Source of the DNA: the human T2T-CHM13v2.0 reference genome, Homo sapiens
Assembly: GCF_009914755.1 (NCBI RefSeq)
Contig: NC_060947.1
Reading direction: 5' to 3' (one strand)
Length of the DNA stretch: 64,000 nucleotides
A model generated the notes under the pieces. The model was not told the DNA's origin and searched no databases. It saw only the letters and a program-made list of their open reading frames with translations. Every line of letters starts with the position of its first letter. The first letter of the stretch is position 1. Made by a program: the position numbers and the translations under genes. This document shows positions 14,100-28,368 of the stretch, in pieces.

Positions 14100-14705
14100 A
14101 ATCCTCTTTTTATATAGAGTTAAATATCTCTTCCAGAAAGCCCCCTCCAATCAATGTAACATTTCTCAGGACTCAGTTTTTTAAATAATTTCCTTAATGC
14201 ACTTTAGAATCTGGAGTGTTTTGTCTTTTTTGCTCTTATTTTACTACCAGACATTATTCATTGTATTTTTCTACCACACAATAAATCTCAAATAACAACT
14301 GCATAATTTCTCAGTATACCTTGAAATATAAGCTCATTTATAAAGAAACATGTTTTCTGTTACCATTGTCTAGAGTTGTATTTGTATATTTGTATATGTG
14401 AAAGGCAACCCAGAGTAAAATAACTGAACGCCAGGACTTTTTAAAATAAAAGGATGATTCATTAGAAAATATTAATAATTTTCAGAAACTATAGGGCTTG
14501 GCTAAGAAAAGTTGCAATATCAGTTATTAAAAATTTGACATTTGAAATAGTCTTCTGAAATGTTACTTTTAAATATTGAGATAATACTATAATTTACTGT
14601 TTTGTGGAAATAATCCTGCCCTAGGCATGAACGGAAAGAAAGTTTCAGAAATATAAGGTTTTTTAGAAAAGACATATCACACTGACAAATGCTCCCTTGA
14701 TCCAT
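14100..14705 (-). pseudogene. Candidate decayed coding segment (FSIP2-like motifs)
   Basis: Non-repeat island; ORF 14520..14705 (SFLKNLIFLKL..., SIISIFKSNISED) and NVTLIGGGFLEEIFNSI near 14140-14190. Confidence 0.3.
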
Positions 14706-15252
14706 GATGTATGTCCCCTATGGGATAGGGTTCTGGAGAAGTCCCATGTCCAAGGGGGAAAAAAAGTGCTGACTTTATATTAATATTTAACTTATTTTCA
14801 TTGTGTTAATTGCCTTTAACGAGCTGCATTAAGTTCATTTTTATCAGAGTCCTCAACTTTTCTCCTGCTTTCTCTGAATTTCAGAATTACTAGTTGCTTT
14901 CTGTACCCATGCATCCATTCACACAATCTTCCAACAGATAGTTACTGAGTTTCTTAAAGTTCTAGGCATTGTTTAGGTGTGGAGCTTAAAAAGAAAAAAG
15001 ATTATGTGCACTGGCCTCAGGGAGATCACATTCTCTTGGGGAAGGGAATCAGAAAATAGATTAATCAGTAACTAAATATATTTAAAATTATTTTGGATGG
15101 TAATGAATAGTAAGAAGAGAAGAATCAAGATGTGGCAAACCTACTTTTGCTCAAGGTGGTCTTAATATATGTAGTAAAATGATATACTGGCAGCTGTTTT
15201 CTACTTAAATAGTGTTATTCTTCCCCTAAACTTCAATAAAATTAACATTAGA

Positions 15253-15550
15253 GGCCGGGTATAGTGACTCACATCTGTAATCATAGCACTTTGGGAGGCC
15301 GAGGTGGGAAGATTGCTTGAGTTCAGGAGTTCAAGACCAGCCTGGGCAATAGGCTGAAACCCTGCCTTTACAAATAATACAAAAATTAGCTGGACATGGT
15401 GATATGTGCCAGCTACTTGGGTGGCTAAGGCAGGAGAATCGCTTAAGCCCAGGAGCCAGAGGTTGCAGTGAGCTCAGATTATGCCATTGCACTGCAGTCT
15501 GGGCAACGAGAGTAAAATCCTGTCTCTAAATAAATAAATAAATAAATAAA
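15253..15550 (+). mobile_element. AluJ
   Basis: gattgcttgagttcaggag, cctgggcaat; (TAAA)n tail; TSD aataaaattaacattaga at 15235-15252 and 15551-15568. Confidence 0.95.
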
Positions 15551-15749
15551 AATAAAATTAACATTAGAGAAAATTTGTCTTCTATATAAACCTTACTCAT
15601 CAATATTAATTGCATATAACTCTCATTAGCATAACATAAATATCATTATAATCATTCCATGAATTGAATGAATCAATCAGAATAGCTTGCACTTAACTGA
15701 CATGGGAGAGTCAGGGAAAGAGAGAAAGAAGGGAATAAATAATATAAAC

Positions 15750-16200
15750 AAGTTTTCCTTGAACACTATGTATAGAGTTGTCATTGAGTAAGTTGAGAGT
15801 GACTGATGAAGGAGTATATTTATGGGAGAAGGAAAGATCATATTTACATATTAATAGACATTCAAGTAGGGATATTATGTAGGCCATTGGATATATGAGT
15901 TGAGAGTTCAAAAGTCATATCTTGGCTGGGGATAGGTGGTATTAAAAGTCATGAAACTGGTTGTAATTACTTATGGAGTGAGTATAATTAGGAAAGAGTA
16001 TAGATCCAGGGACTGAGCCCTGGAGCATTTCAAAGTTTAGAGATCAGGGAGAGCAGGAAGAAGCAGTAAAAAAATAAAAATAAAAAAAAAAAGAATGAGG
16101 ATATCACAGTAAATGAAAAGAGTAAGGAAGGAGGTGTTTTGAAGCCAACTGAAGAGAGCACTTAAAGGGAGTAAGGGAATGATTGTGATTGTTGTATATT
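15750..16200 (-). mobile_element. L2 fragment
   Basis: gtaggccattggatatatgagt..., ggactgagccctggagcatttcaaagtttagag, gaagccaactgaagagag. Confidence 0.7.
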
Positions 16201-19200
16201 GATTTTAAATCCTGCAGTTTTACTTGTTTATTAGTCTAACAGGATTTTTTTTTTTTTGGTGGCATCTTTAGAGTTGATGTTGTTTATCTTTAAAAAAATA
16301 AACTTAGTTTCGTTAATCTTTCATACTGTTTTTCTAGTCTCTATTCAATTTATTTTTGCTCTAATCTTTATGATTTCCTTTCTTCTGCTAATTTTGGGAT
16401 TTGTTTCTTTTCTAGTTTCATGATGTGCAAAGTTAAGTTGTTTGAGATCTTTCTTTTTGCTATGTGTAGGCATTTATTGCTGTTAACATCCCTCTTAGAA
16501 CAGCTTTAGGTGCATACAATGTTTTATTTTGTTTGTCAATTTTCACTTATCTCAGACTTTTTAATTTCTCTTTTAATTTCTTTATTGTTCAGAAGCATAT
16601 TTAAATTTCCATTTATTTTTGAAATTTCTAAAATTTCTCCTGTTATTTTTAGTTTCATAATATTGTGGTCAGAAAATATACTCAATATAATTTAAATCTT
16701 GTTTTGTGGCCCAACATTGAATCTATCCTGGAAAATGTCCTGTGCACATTTAAGACAAATATGTATTTCATTGCTGTTGGATGGGATGTTCATATATCTG
16801 TGAGTTCCATTTGGTCTAAAATGTAGGTTAAGTGTCATGTTACCTTATTGATTTTCTTTCTGGATGATCTGGCCATTGCAGAAAGTAAGGTATTGAAGCT
16901 CTCTAATATTATTGTATTACAGTCTACCTCTCCCTTCAGATTTATTAACATAGGCTTTATATATGCAGGTGTCTAATGTTAAGTGAATATATATTTATAA
17001 TGTTATATTGTGTCGATAAATTTATTGCTTTACCAATATATAATGACCTTCTTTGTCCTGTCTTAAAGTGTTTGACTTAAAGGATATTTTATCTAAGATA
17101 AATATAGCTTCATATGTTCTCTTTTGGTTTCCATTGGAACGGAAAGTATTGTTTCATCCCTTTACTTTTAGTTTATGTGTGTCCTTACAGGTGAAGTGAG
17201 ACTCTTGTAGACAGCACATATTTGAGTCTTGTGTTTTAACTATTCAACCACTCTAGATATTTTGATCAGTGAACTTGATACATTTCCATTCAACATAATT
17301 ATTAATAAGGACATACCACTATCATTTTTAATGGTTTTTTTGGGTTCTTTTTTTTAAGAGATAGGGTATCACTCAGTCATGCTGGCTGCTGTGATGATAG
17401 CTCTCTGCAGCTTCCTGCCTCAGCCTCCCCTTCCTGAGTAGCTAAATCTACAGGTACATGCCACTATGCCCAGCTAGCAACTTAATTTAGATCACAGAAA
17501 CACCTCTACACTTTTATTCTACCATTCCCCCACATTTTAAAATTGTAATGTCACAACTTACATCTTATACTGTGTATTCTTTAACAAATTGTTGTAGCTA
17601 TTATTATTTTAATAGTTTTGTATTTAACCTTTATACTAAAGATGTACGTGATTTACCTAACCATCACAGTGTTAAAGTTTCTGAATTTGACTGTGTAATT
17701 ACTTTGACAAGTTGAGTTTTATACTTTCACATGTTTTGTGTTACTAATTAGCATATTTTTCTTTGAGCTTGAAGAACTCCCTTTAGTATTTCTTCTAAGA
17801 GATGTCTGGTGGTGATAAACTCCCTCAGCTTTTATTTGTCTGGAAAAGTCTTTATTTCTCCTTCATTTCTGAAGGACACCTTTGTTGGGCACAGTGTTTT
17901 TGTTTGGCAAGTTTGCTTTCTTCAGCACTATGAGTATATCATTCCTTTCTCTCTTGGCCTTTAAGGTCTCTGCTGAGAAATTCACTTTCAACCTCATTAA
18001 AACTCCCTTATAGGTTATTTCATTAGTTCCTCTTGCTGCAGTCAGGATCCTCTCTGTCTTTGGTTTTTGACAGCTTGGTTAGAATACATCTTGGTGTAGT
18101 CTTGTTTGGATTGAATCTGATTGGAGACTTTTCACCTTTCTGTATGTGGATATTTATATCTTTCTCCAAATTTGAAATGTGTTATGCTATTATTTTTTAA
18201 AATAAGGATTCTATCCTTTTATCTGTCTCTTCTTCACAAACTTCTATAATTCAAACAATTTTTCTTATTCTGCTGTTTCATAAATTCCATAAGTTTCTTT
18301 ATTTCTTTTCATTCTTTTTCCTCTGACTGTAGATTTTCAAATAATGTCTTTGAGCTTACAGATTCTTTATTCTTGATCAATTATGCTTTTGAGGCTCTCC
18401 ATTGCTTTTTCCACTTCATTATATATTTTAGCTCCAGAATTTTTGTTTGATTTGCTAAGTAATTTCAATTACCCTTTTAAATTTCTCATTTTCATCATGT
18501 ACTGTTTTTCTAATTTCATTCAATTGTTTTTCTGTATTTTTTGAATTCCACTGATCTTGCTTAAAATAATAATTTTATATTCTTTATTTGACAGTTTGTA
18601 TACATCAAGGCTAGCCTGGTGCCTGAGTCCAGAGGAGTGACTTGAATCCTTAGTCAATAGGATTCAGTTTGGCACCAAAGGTCTACTGGGACAGTCTTGG
18701 GCCCTGGGTCAGCTGGAGAGTGTGGTTGCAGGGATACGCCTGGCACTGAGCAGGCCTGGAACCTGTGTCCATGAGTACACTCCTGGTATTTGAAGCCAGA
18801 TTTGCCTACCTGGTGCTGGAGCTGCAAAGGCTGGCTTGGAGATGGATGAGTCTGGATCCTGAATTTGCAGGGGCCATCCTGGAGGCTGAGTCTGCATGTG
18901 CCAGCCTGATTACCAGGGCTGCAGGAGCTGGCTACGTGCTGGGGCAGGCCTGAAGCCTGGGGCCATGGTGGCCAACCCAGTACTGGGGTAGTCCGGGACC
19001 TGGGGGTCACTGAGGCTGGTCTCATCCTAGGGCGTGCCTGAAGCCTGAATTTGGGGGAAGCAGCCTGATACTGGGATGGGCCCCAAATCCAAGGCTGTTG
19101 GGGCCTGCCTTGTGCAAGGGTTGGTCCACATAATTAGGCTGCTGGAGTCAATCCTGGTGCCGGGTAGACCTGGAGCCTGTTTCCTTAGGGCTGGTCTGCA

Positions 19201-19710
19201 GGCTAGATTCATGGTACCAGCGCTGCAGAAGAGGGCCTGGTGCTGAAATAGGCCTGAATCCTGTGGCTATTGGGGTTAGTACAATTCTGGGGGTTAGGGT
19301 TAGGCCTGTGACTGCAGGATCTGGTCTAACAATGGGATGGGACTGAAGGCTCAGTCTTCAGGAGCCAACCTAGATTCTGGGCCTGTGAGCTCCTCCTCAG
19401 TGCTGAGTTTTACAGGAGCAAGCCCATTATTGGGGTCTGAAGCATAACCTAGTGCTCACTTCCCTTTGCTTCCCCTATTTAACAGTAACTCTTCATGTTA
19501 TGTTGCCTTGGTTTGTTGGAGGGGTGATATGAGCAAAGTAAAATTGTAATTTTTACATTCTCAATTTATGTTTTCTTATTTTCATGTTACATCCAGGTTC
19601 TGTATTCTCTTATCTGGTTTTCTTAGCTCTTGTGAAGGTATTTTTACAAATAGATAGTTGTTCAAATTGATGGGGAATGAGAGCTGGAGAGCTCTTGCTG
19701 ACATCTATTC
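16200..19710 (-). mobile_element. Old L1M (ORF2 fragments, ORF1, GC-rich internally repetitive 5' UTR at about 18600-19710)
   Basis: T-rich L1 antisense sequence; right end ...ttgctgacatc resembles the L1 5' end at about 62500. Confidence 0.8.
17348..17476 (-). mobile_element. Degenerate Alu monomer (FRAM/FLAM-like)
   Basis: gagatagggtatcactc...cctcagcctcc...gagtagct...gccactatgcccagct. Confidence 0.7.
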
Positions 19711-20234
19711 CCAGCTTTGTCTTTTCTATACTTCTAGTTTATGAATTTGTTTGTTTTTAACTGTAGCTTCTAATAATGATTTTGTATCTGTTATTTGGGG
19801 CATCACATAACAACAGACTATCACATTTTGCAAACTAAACATATGATTTGTCATATCTTAAAATATCCATATTTTCTTATTCAAGTAACTCCTTTTAGTG
19901 AACAAAGAAACAAGCATTCCCTCTCATTAATTTTAGTCACTTATGCTTGAAAGATGCCATGGCCATTTCTACATCCCTATAAGGTAGACTAAATTGTATA
20001 GCTTTATATGAATTATATAGTTCAAGAATTTTATTTTAGTTACATTCACAATATAACAATAATTTGGTTTAGAAATTCCTTGAACTATAATAATAAATTA
20101 TGTTTGGAATGCTTTTATGGATTTCAGTTAATAGAACTGAAAACTTGTTATTGAAATAAATACTGATTTCAAAGCCATTACATATAATAGAAATGATTTT
20201 AAATAAACAGATATTTGAAGAGCACTTAACATGT

Positions 20235-20423
20235 TCAAATACCAAATCCTAGTACTATATTGTATATAATGATTGTCACCACATATCTCCATATTTTTGT
20301 TTTCTTTAAAAAAGTTAGAAACAACATTTCCAGTCTGTAGTTTACATTCATTTTATTACTCTCTACTTTTGTGGGGAAGTGTTTGGGAGGAGGATATTTT
20401 GAGATCTCTAAGATTATTCTCTT
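20235..20423 (-). pseudogene. Candidate decayed coding segment (62 open codons, no initiating Met)
   Basis: KRIILEISKYPPPKHFPTKVESNKMNVNYRLEMLFLTFLKKTKIWRYVVTIIIYNIVLGFGI* in non-repeat DNA. Confidence 0.35.
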
Positions 20424-20561
20424 TCACCATTATATTAATCTTTTCATAAGAAAACTAATTCAGAACAATCAAAAAAAATTTGGCACATATGGACTTCAAA
20501 AAAAAATTTACAGAAGCCAAAAAAAAAAAGTCAATTAACAGAAAAAAAGTCCAAGACCATT

Positions 20562-20742
20562 TTACACACACTGGGGCTTATCAGAGGGTGGAAGGTAGGA
20601 GAAGGGAGAGCATCAGAAAAAATAATTGGTACTAGGTTTAATACCTGAGTGATGAAATAATCTGTACAACAAACCCCCATGACACAATTTCACCTACATA
20701 ACAAACCTGCACATGGACCCCTAAACTTAAAAGTTAAAAAAA
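20562..20742 (+). mobile_element. Short L1PA 3' end
   Basis: acacactggggcttatcagagggtgg...gaaataatctgtacaacaaacccccatgacac...aaagttaaaaaaa. Confidence 0.88.
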
Positions 20743-21264
20743 GAACATTAAGTAAAAATAAGATCATTGTGTTCACTTAAATGTACAAAGTTCTTTGCCT
20801 AAAATTAACCTTTAAATTTATTTTCTTTTACATCTTTTTCCCCTTCTGTTTTATACCATATTTTTATCTCTTCCTTTTCTGTAGAATTGATTGCATCTAT
20901 TGCCTCATTTCCATTTTCTATGCCATGCAATGCCCTATTTCCTGATATTAATAACTGCGACCTAAACTCTTGGTAAAATCTCCAAAATGACCTCTCTGTC
21001 TTCAGAAACCTACTCCCTCCTCATTAATCTATCTATTGTACAACATCAGAGACCCTTTCTTTAACAACAGGTAGATGATAACATTCCTCTTTTTGAAAAA
21101 CTTCAAGAAAAACTCTTCAATCTTGCATTCAAGGATTTTTTCCTATTTTGCCCAAGCCTACCTTTTTAGGTTTAGCTCATTTTACATCTTCCAATGCAAT
21201 ATGCTTCTATCTAAACGAGTAGGTTTTCCTTGTGAATCAGCATTAACACTCTCACGTCTGTGAT

Positions 21265-21653
21265 TCTAGCAGTTCGTTCTTGCACTGCTACACAGAAATG
21301 ACTCAGAGTGGGTAATTTATAAAGAAAAGAGGCTTAATTGACTCATGATTCTGCATGTTCTACAGGAAGCATGGCAGCTTCTGAAAAGGTCTTAGGAAAC
21401 TTTTAATCATGGCAGAGGGGGAAGGGGAAGCAGGAAACTTTCAATCATGGCCAGAACAGGAGGAGGAGAGAGGGGGTGTATAAGCCACACACTTTTAAAC
21501 AACCGGATCTCCTGAGAACTCTATTAGATAACAGCACCAAAGGGGGAAATACACCACCATGATCCAATCACCTTCGACAAGGCCCCACCTCCGACGTTGG
21601 GATTTACAATTCGACATGAGTTTTAGGCAGGGATGCAAATCCAAACTGTATCA
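21265..21653 (-). mobile_element. MSTA-like solo LTR
   Basis: gttcgttcttgcactgctac...ccaaactgtatca; TSD gtgat/gtgac. Confidence 0.9.
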
Positions 21654-22229
21654 GTGACCTTGCTCAAGCTTTACTCTCCTTTCTCAGTGACTTCTGTCAA
21701 GCCATGCTATACTTTTAAGGCACAGCTTGATTTTTACTTCCTATAAAAAGCTCATAAATTATAAATATAATGAGTATAGCTACTTATGTCAGATTGACTG
21801 TGTTTATAACTGGATTCTCCATTTACTATGTGTATAAGGTTACAAAAATCACTTATTTGCTGTAAGTAAGTAAGATGCATCCAAATTATTCAAGGAGAAC
21901 TTGAGGAAAAGAAAGCAAAATTTTAGAATGCTTTGTTGTAAGTTTTAAAGTTTGTTTACAAAAGAATAATTTGAAATAATGAATTATTTAATATAATACA
22001 AAAATATTATACAGGAATTCTGTAGGAAATTACATTTGATCAATGTATAGAATTTTTCCACCAAACCAAAAATTATAAAAACATATATCTCAAAAAGAAA
22101 TATATTGATATAAGTGAATACTGGCACACAGCCACCAAAAAAATGTTAGCAGAAAATACTCTCAATTTATATGTGCTATACTAGTAAAGCATTCACGGAT
22201 ATAATTATGATGATATCTAAAGTTTGTTG

Positions 22230-22720
22230 ATATACATAGATAACATGCTAAGTGCTTTACATAAATTATATCACTTATTCTCACAGCAACCTTATGAGGC
22301 AGTACCATTATTATTCCCATTTTATAGAGAAGGGAAAGACAGCTTGGGAGAATAAACTTGTTCAAGTTTATGCAGCAAGTTAGTATCCCGAAGCCAGGAT
22401 TCAAACCTACTCAGGCTCACTCCAGGGTCTATCTTTTTAACTACAATGCTCTTCTTTGTCATCGTGACAGGAAAATAAAATATTTATTAAATGTTTCCTA
22501 TATTCTGGATGTTATACTAAAGTGCTTTATGTATCTAATATTATTAATTTTCTAAATGATCAGAGTAGGTACTAGTTAGGTCTTGGTTTGCAGGAGAGGA
22601 AAATGAGGCCTTGTGAGATGAACTTGCCTGATATCACATAGCCAGTTAGTGGTGGAATCAAGGTTCAAATGCATCTAATCTGACCCTAGAGCCCATAATG
22701 TAAACATACTTTACATTGAC
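22230..22720. mobile_element. Two MIR elements
   Basis: MIR core attattcccattttatagag...ggattcaaacc and aaatgaggcc...aacttgcctgatatcacatagcc. Confidence 0.8.
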
Positions 22721-23054
22721 TCTAAGCCATAAAGCAAGATCAATATAAGATAAATTTAGATGAATTTATTTACAGTATGCATAAGCAAATACTTTAGAAT
22801 ACAGTAAATAATACATTAAGATATCCCAATGTCAAATTCATGCATGCAGTAAAACAAAATGGTTCAGTGAATATCTACTCACAGAATCAAACCAACTAAT
22901 ATCATAAATAAGTAAAATATAATAAAACTAAGTACAGTAGTAAATATATTTACATAATAAGCAACATGTTTGAAATGTAACAAAATTATTTCACTTTTAT
23001 TTTTAAAACCTAAAGAAAATCTTAATTGTTAAAAATAAATAAATTATCATTAAC

Positions 23055-23154
23055 CTCAAAGTCTAAAAACCCATGATCATTGCTAGCATCCAGATAAATT
23101 CTGTCATTATTGCTGCTCAATGTATTTGAACTTGAGTCATCATTTTTCCAACAG
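23055..23154 (-). pseudogene. Candidate exon (100 bp, one open frame)
   Basis: Acceptor gatttatag|, donor GAG|gttaat; reads CWKNDDSSSNTLSSNNDRIYLDASNDHGFLDFE. Confidence 0.35.
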
Positions 23155-23510
23155 CTATAAATCATATTTTATACCACAAAGTGTATTACTAAGGCAATTC
23201 AACAGCCATGCAGACAAAGAAAGAAATGCTATATATTTCATTTTGGGCAGTTCTGTTAGAAACAGAGATTTTTATAGCAGGCAAATATCTTTGGTAATGC
23301 ATAGAATCATGGGGCAAATCAAAGCCTATACCCACTATGGTAACTACCCTACCTGGGATTGTTTACATGACATTGAATTTTTCTTCTGAAACTTCCACAT
23401 TGCAATACAGGCAATGTTTGCCTGCAAGTGTCCATCCAAGATAGGGACAATGCAGAATATGACAGTAGCTCTGGGTGTCTGGCATTTCTCCTATAATACT
23501 CCCAAATTAA

Positions 23511-23919
<409 letters not shown>

Positions 23920-24623
23920 TCCATTGTCTAATTTTACGAGAGACAATAGTAGTATCTACCATACAAACTTTTTAAGAGGATTAAATGCATGGGCCCTTCT
24001 GTATAGTAAGTATATATAGCATTAGCTAAGAAGGGGATGAAGGTAAAATATGATCAAATATTTCTAAACATTCATTATTATAGTTAATTCATTCTTTTCT
24101 GAAACTGCTACTTTTCATATCCTTCCCTATACTTTTTGCCTTAATAAATCCCATTCCTTTCATATTATTTTAAATGTAACTTCCTCAGATTGGCAATAAA
24201 AATAAATTAGAACCACACAACTATTGTCTATATCAGCAGCCAACCCTTTCCTTCTCAGCACTCACAATGTGTAATCACATATTTATTCTTGTAATTCCTC
24301 CCAATTACAACCTTATCATCACAAAAATATTGATTGCATGTGTTTTCTGCATTACTATATAGTCAGTTCCTAAACTAGCACCAAGGTGAATGTTCCAAGG
24401 ATACTGATTTAATAATATATTACTTATTATTAATACTTAATCATTTTATTCATTTATTTAATTCATTGTCTATGTTCTTATGCTATGTTCCAGAATAATT
24501 TGTGAGCTACAAATCACTTAGAATAGCTGATTTCATTATTTATTCTTTTTTGTTTGTATTGATTTACAAATAATATAGCACTTAATTATTAAAACAACCT
24601 CATAAATTAAGAACAATTTTACC

Positions 24624-24931
24624 GGCTGGGCACGGTGGCTCATGCCTGTAATCCCAACACTTTGGGAGGCTGAGGCTGGTGGATCACCTGAAGTGAGGAG
24701 TTTGAGACCAGCCTGGTCAACAAGGTGAAACCCGGTCTCTATTAAAAATACAGGAATTAGCTGGGCTTGGTGGCAGCTGCCCATAATCCCAGCTACTCAG
24801 GAGCCTGAGGCAGCAGAATCACTTGAACCTGGGAGGTGGAGGTTTCAGTGAGCTGAGATCATGCCATTGCACTCCAGCCCGGGCAACAAGAGCAAAACTC
24901 CATCTCAAAAAAGAAAAAAAAAAGAAAAAAA
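24624..24931 (+). mobile_element. AluS (Sq/Sp-like)
   Basis: Full dimer with ggcaacaagagcaaaactc; TSD aagaacaattttacc. Confidence 0.96.
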
Positions 24932-25326
24932 AAGAACAATTTTACCTACATTTCACTGATGAGGAAGATGAGGCTTTGCAAGATTAAAGAACTAGCCCAG
25001 GGATACACGATGAAGAAATGGTGAGATCAAGACTTAGACACAGAGTTTCTCTTCCAGTCAAGGTGGAGTAATAAGGCATGAATATACCTTCCCATCTGAA
25101 ACATCTAAATACCTAGAGAAAATATGCAAAAAAGCCCTGTTACTGGACATTGCAAAACAACCAAAATGGTGGCAATGATCATAAAGATGATCAAGAGTAT
25201 GATCTTTGAATGAAGGTAAATAAATGAGGTGAGACCTGAGATCACTCCAGCTGACTTACTGAGGAGAGTTTCCAGTTCACTTCATAGGCAAAGGAAACAC
25301 ATGTGGAACTTCACAATCTTACTGAG

Positions 25327-26528
25327 TGTCTTAGTCTGTTTTCTGCTTCTATAATGCAATATTATAGACTGGATAATTTCTAAAGAACAGATGTTGATTT
25401 GACTCATCGTTCCGGAGACTTGGAAGTCTATCTGGTGAAGACCCTCTTGCTGCATTATAACATGGCAAAAAGGCAAGGGAACACATGAAGTGGGGAGAGA
25501 AACAGGGATGAAGTTATTCTTTTATCAGGAGTCCACTCGCATGATAACTAACCTGTTCTCACAATAATGGCATTAATCTGTTTACAAGGGCAGTGCCCCC
25601 GTGATCTAATCACTTCTCAAAGGTTATACTTTTCAACACTATTACAATGGTAATTGAATTTCAACATTAAATCTGAAGTGGATCTTTGGAGGGGCCTTGG
25701 AGGAGACATTCAAACCACAGAATTCTGCTCCTGGCCCTCCAAAACGCAAGTCCTTCTCACATACAAAATACATTCATTCCATCTCAACAGACTCCAAAGT
25801 CTTAACTTATTCTAGCACGGATCCAAAAGCCCAAAGTCTAGATCTCTGTCTAAATCAGACATGGGTGAGACTCAAGGCCTGACTCATCCTGAGGAAAATT
25901 CCTCCAGCTGTGAGCCTGTGAAATGAAAGCAAGCTATCTGCTTCCAAAGGACAATGGTGGGACAGGCAAGGAATAGACATTCCTATTCTGAAAGGGGAAA
26001 ATAGGCAAAAAAAGAGGGATAAGTGGTAACAAGTCAGTCCAAAACCCAACAGGGAAAACAACATTAAATTTTAGATCTCCAGAAAAACCTTGACTCTACG
26101 TCCTGCTTCCTGGATACACTGGGGTAGGGGTGGAATCGGGGCCCCAAATCCTTGTGCAGCACCACCCCTATGGCTTTTCTGGGCTCTCAGTTCATGCTTC
26201 AGCTCTCTTGGGTTGGAGCTGCATGCCAGTTGTCCTACAGTTCTGTGGTCTTGGTGGAGGTCCCAACTTCCATAACTTCGCTAGGCATTGCTCTAGAGAG
26301 GACCCTGTGTGGTCACTGTGACCCCACCTTTTCACTCAGCATTACTCTAGTAGAGGCTCTCCGCAGTGGCTCTCCCTCTGCGACAAGCCTCTGCCCTCAG
26401 GTTGTTCATGGCATCCTTTGAAATCTAGGTGGAGGAAACTATTCCCCAACAACTCAAGCATTCTGTGTGCTTGCAGACTTAATGCCATCTGTATGCTGCA
26501 AAGGCATATGACCTATACCCTCTGGATA
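25327..26528 (-). mobile_element. MST/MLT1A-type LTR (about 25327-25720) plus partial internal sequence
   Basis: tgtcttagtctgttttctgcttctataa...gacattcaaaccacag followed by MaLR internal motifs (caagctatctgcttccaaag, gacattcctattctgaaaggg). Confidence 0.85.
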
Positions 26529-26973
26529 ACTGAGTTTAGAAGACAGAGCTGGGAGTTCAAGGAGGCCAAGGGTGTTACAGTTCATAGGGCAGAGTGAAAG
26601 AGAGGAGTTTCACAGCAAGCTCTCCACAGTCCTCAGAGAGTCCTCTTCAGGTTGTCAGCTGAGATCAACAGATGCACGTGAGGAAACTACACGAAGTTAG
26701 GGAAAGAGTCTCCTACCATGAGCAGAGAGAACAATCTCCAGGACTGACAGAATTGAAAAGACTTCATGTTCCCAACAGCCATGGAAGAAAACTTGACAAT
26801 ACACAGGGTGCTGCCAAGATTAGTCAGAAGGATATTGCTCTAGTATTGGGAAAGACATAGCTTCAGATCAAAGGCTGCTCTGGTCCTGTGTAACAAAGCT
26901 TAAATGCTGGCACAGAAAGAATCATGTGTTTCCAAGTAGCTTATTTGTGTGCCAGAAAAAAATAAGCCCAAAT

Positions 26974-27007
<34 letters not shown>

Positions 27008-27834
27008 TATGCATACATGCATGCACAATCATCATAAAATTCACATTATTCGCCATCCAGTCAAAAATTGCCATCCATAGTGAGGAGAAAAATACGATTA
27101 AAACCGACCCAGAAATAACAGGCTTGTTTTGGGAAATTCGTTGTGTGTGGTTTTGGGGGGCAGAAATTGACAAGCTGATTCTACAGTGCATATGGAAATT
27201 AAAAGGACCTAGAATAACCAAAACAATATTGCCATAGTAAAACAAAGCTGGAATACTTATGCCACCTGATTTCAAAACTCATTATAAAGATACAGTGTGG
27301 TACTGGTATAAAGATAGACACACAGATCAATGAAACAGAATAGGAAGCCCAGAAAAAAACCTACACATTTGGTTAACTGATTTTTTACAAATGTTACAAG
27401 ACAATACAATGAATAAAATTATTCTTTTCAGCAAATTGTGCCAATATAACTCTCTATCTACAGGCAAAAATTGAAATACAACTCCATATAAAAAATTACT
27501 TAAAATGGTTCACAGACATAAATGTAAAACCCCAAAATTTAACACTTTTAGGAGAAAGTCTATGTGACCTTGATTTAAGGAAAGATTATTTCTAAATCAA
27601 AAGCACATCATAAAAAAAATCCATAAAAGTTAAACTCCACAAATTGGGATTCATTAAATTTAATTTCTGCTCCTTAGAAAACACTGCTACATTATAAAAA
27701 GAGAAGACATGCACAGGAGGAAAATTTTTGACACAGAAAACAATTGAACTCATGGAGATAGAGAGGAGAAGGCTGTAACCAGAGGGTGAGAAGGATAGTG
27801 GGAGGGTGGCACGAGGTTGGGAATGGTTAATGGG

Positions 27835-28118
27835 TGTTAGCGGTGGAAAAGATCCGAGTTACCTGTGGCATATCCGTATCTGTCCGCAGCAACTTCGGTC
27901 CTTGTCTCCTCAGAAGAAATAATTTGACCGAGGGGCATAAGACAGGCGAAGGGGCCGAGGCAAGTTGCAGAGTAGGAGTGAAAGTTTATTAAAATGCTTT
28001 AGAACAGTAAGAAAAGGAAGGAAAGGAGAGAGAAGAAGGGTACATTGGCATACTTCCGGGATCTTGCATTACTTCTCCACACTCCTAAGATCTTATTGGG
28101 ACACTGCTCCTCAGTTTC

Positions 28119-28184
<66 letters not shown>

Positions 28185-28368
28185 TTTTTTTTTTAATCTA
28201 TTAGGAGATTGCCTTTCCCTGACACTGGCTGTAACCAATTATTACTTTAGAGAAACAGTTAACAACTGACTGACCATCACCTGATGGTCGCCCAATCCTC
28301 CTGGTGTGTGTGTGTTTGGAGAACCCTCTCCTGCTCTGCTCATACCTGACTAGCTACCTACTGTAACA
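27835..28368 (-). mobile_element. ERV1 solo LTR (MER83/MER84-like) containing a (GT)n expansion
   Basis: tgttag...tgtaaca termini, TSD tggg/cggg, inserted in an L1MA 3' UTR; related to the 5753 LTR. Confidence 0.8.
28121..28183. repeat. Perfect (GT)n microsatellite, about 31 units
   Basis: Directly visible. Confidence 0.97.

Noticed and set aside
18600-19450. GC-rich repetitive block as a promoter, CpG island or CRISPR-like array
   Set aside because: CpG-poor, no fixed repeat-spacer period, and positioned as the 5' UTR of the adjacent old L1.
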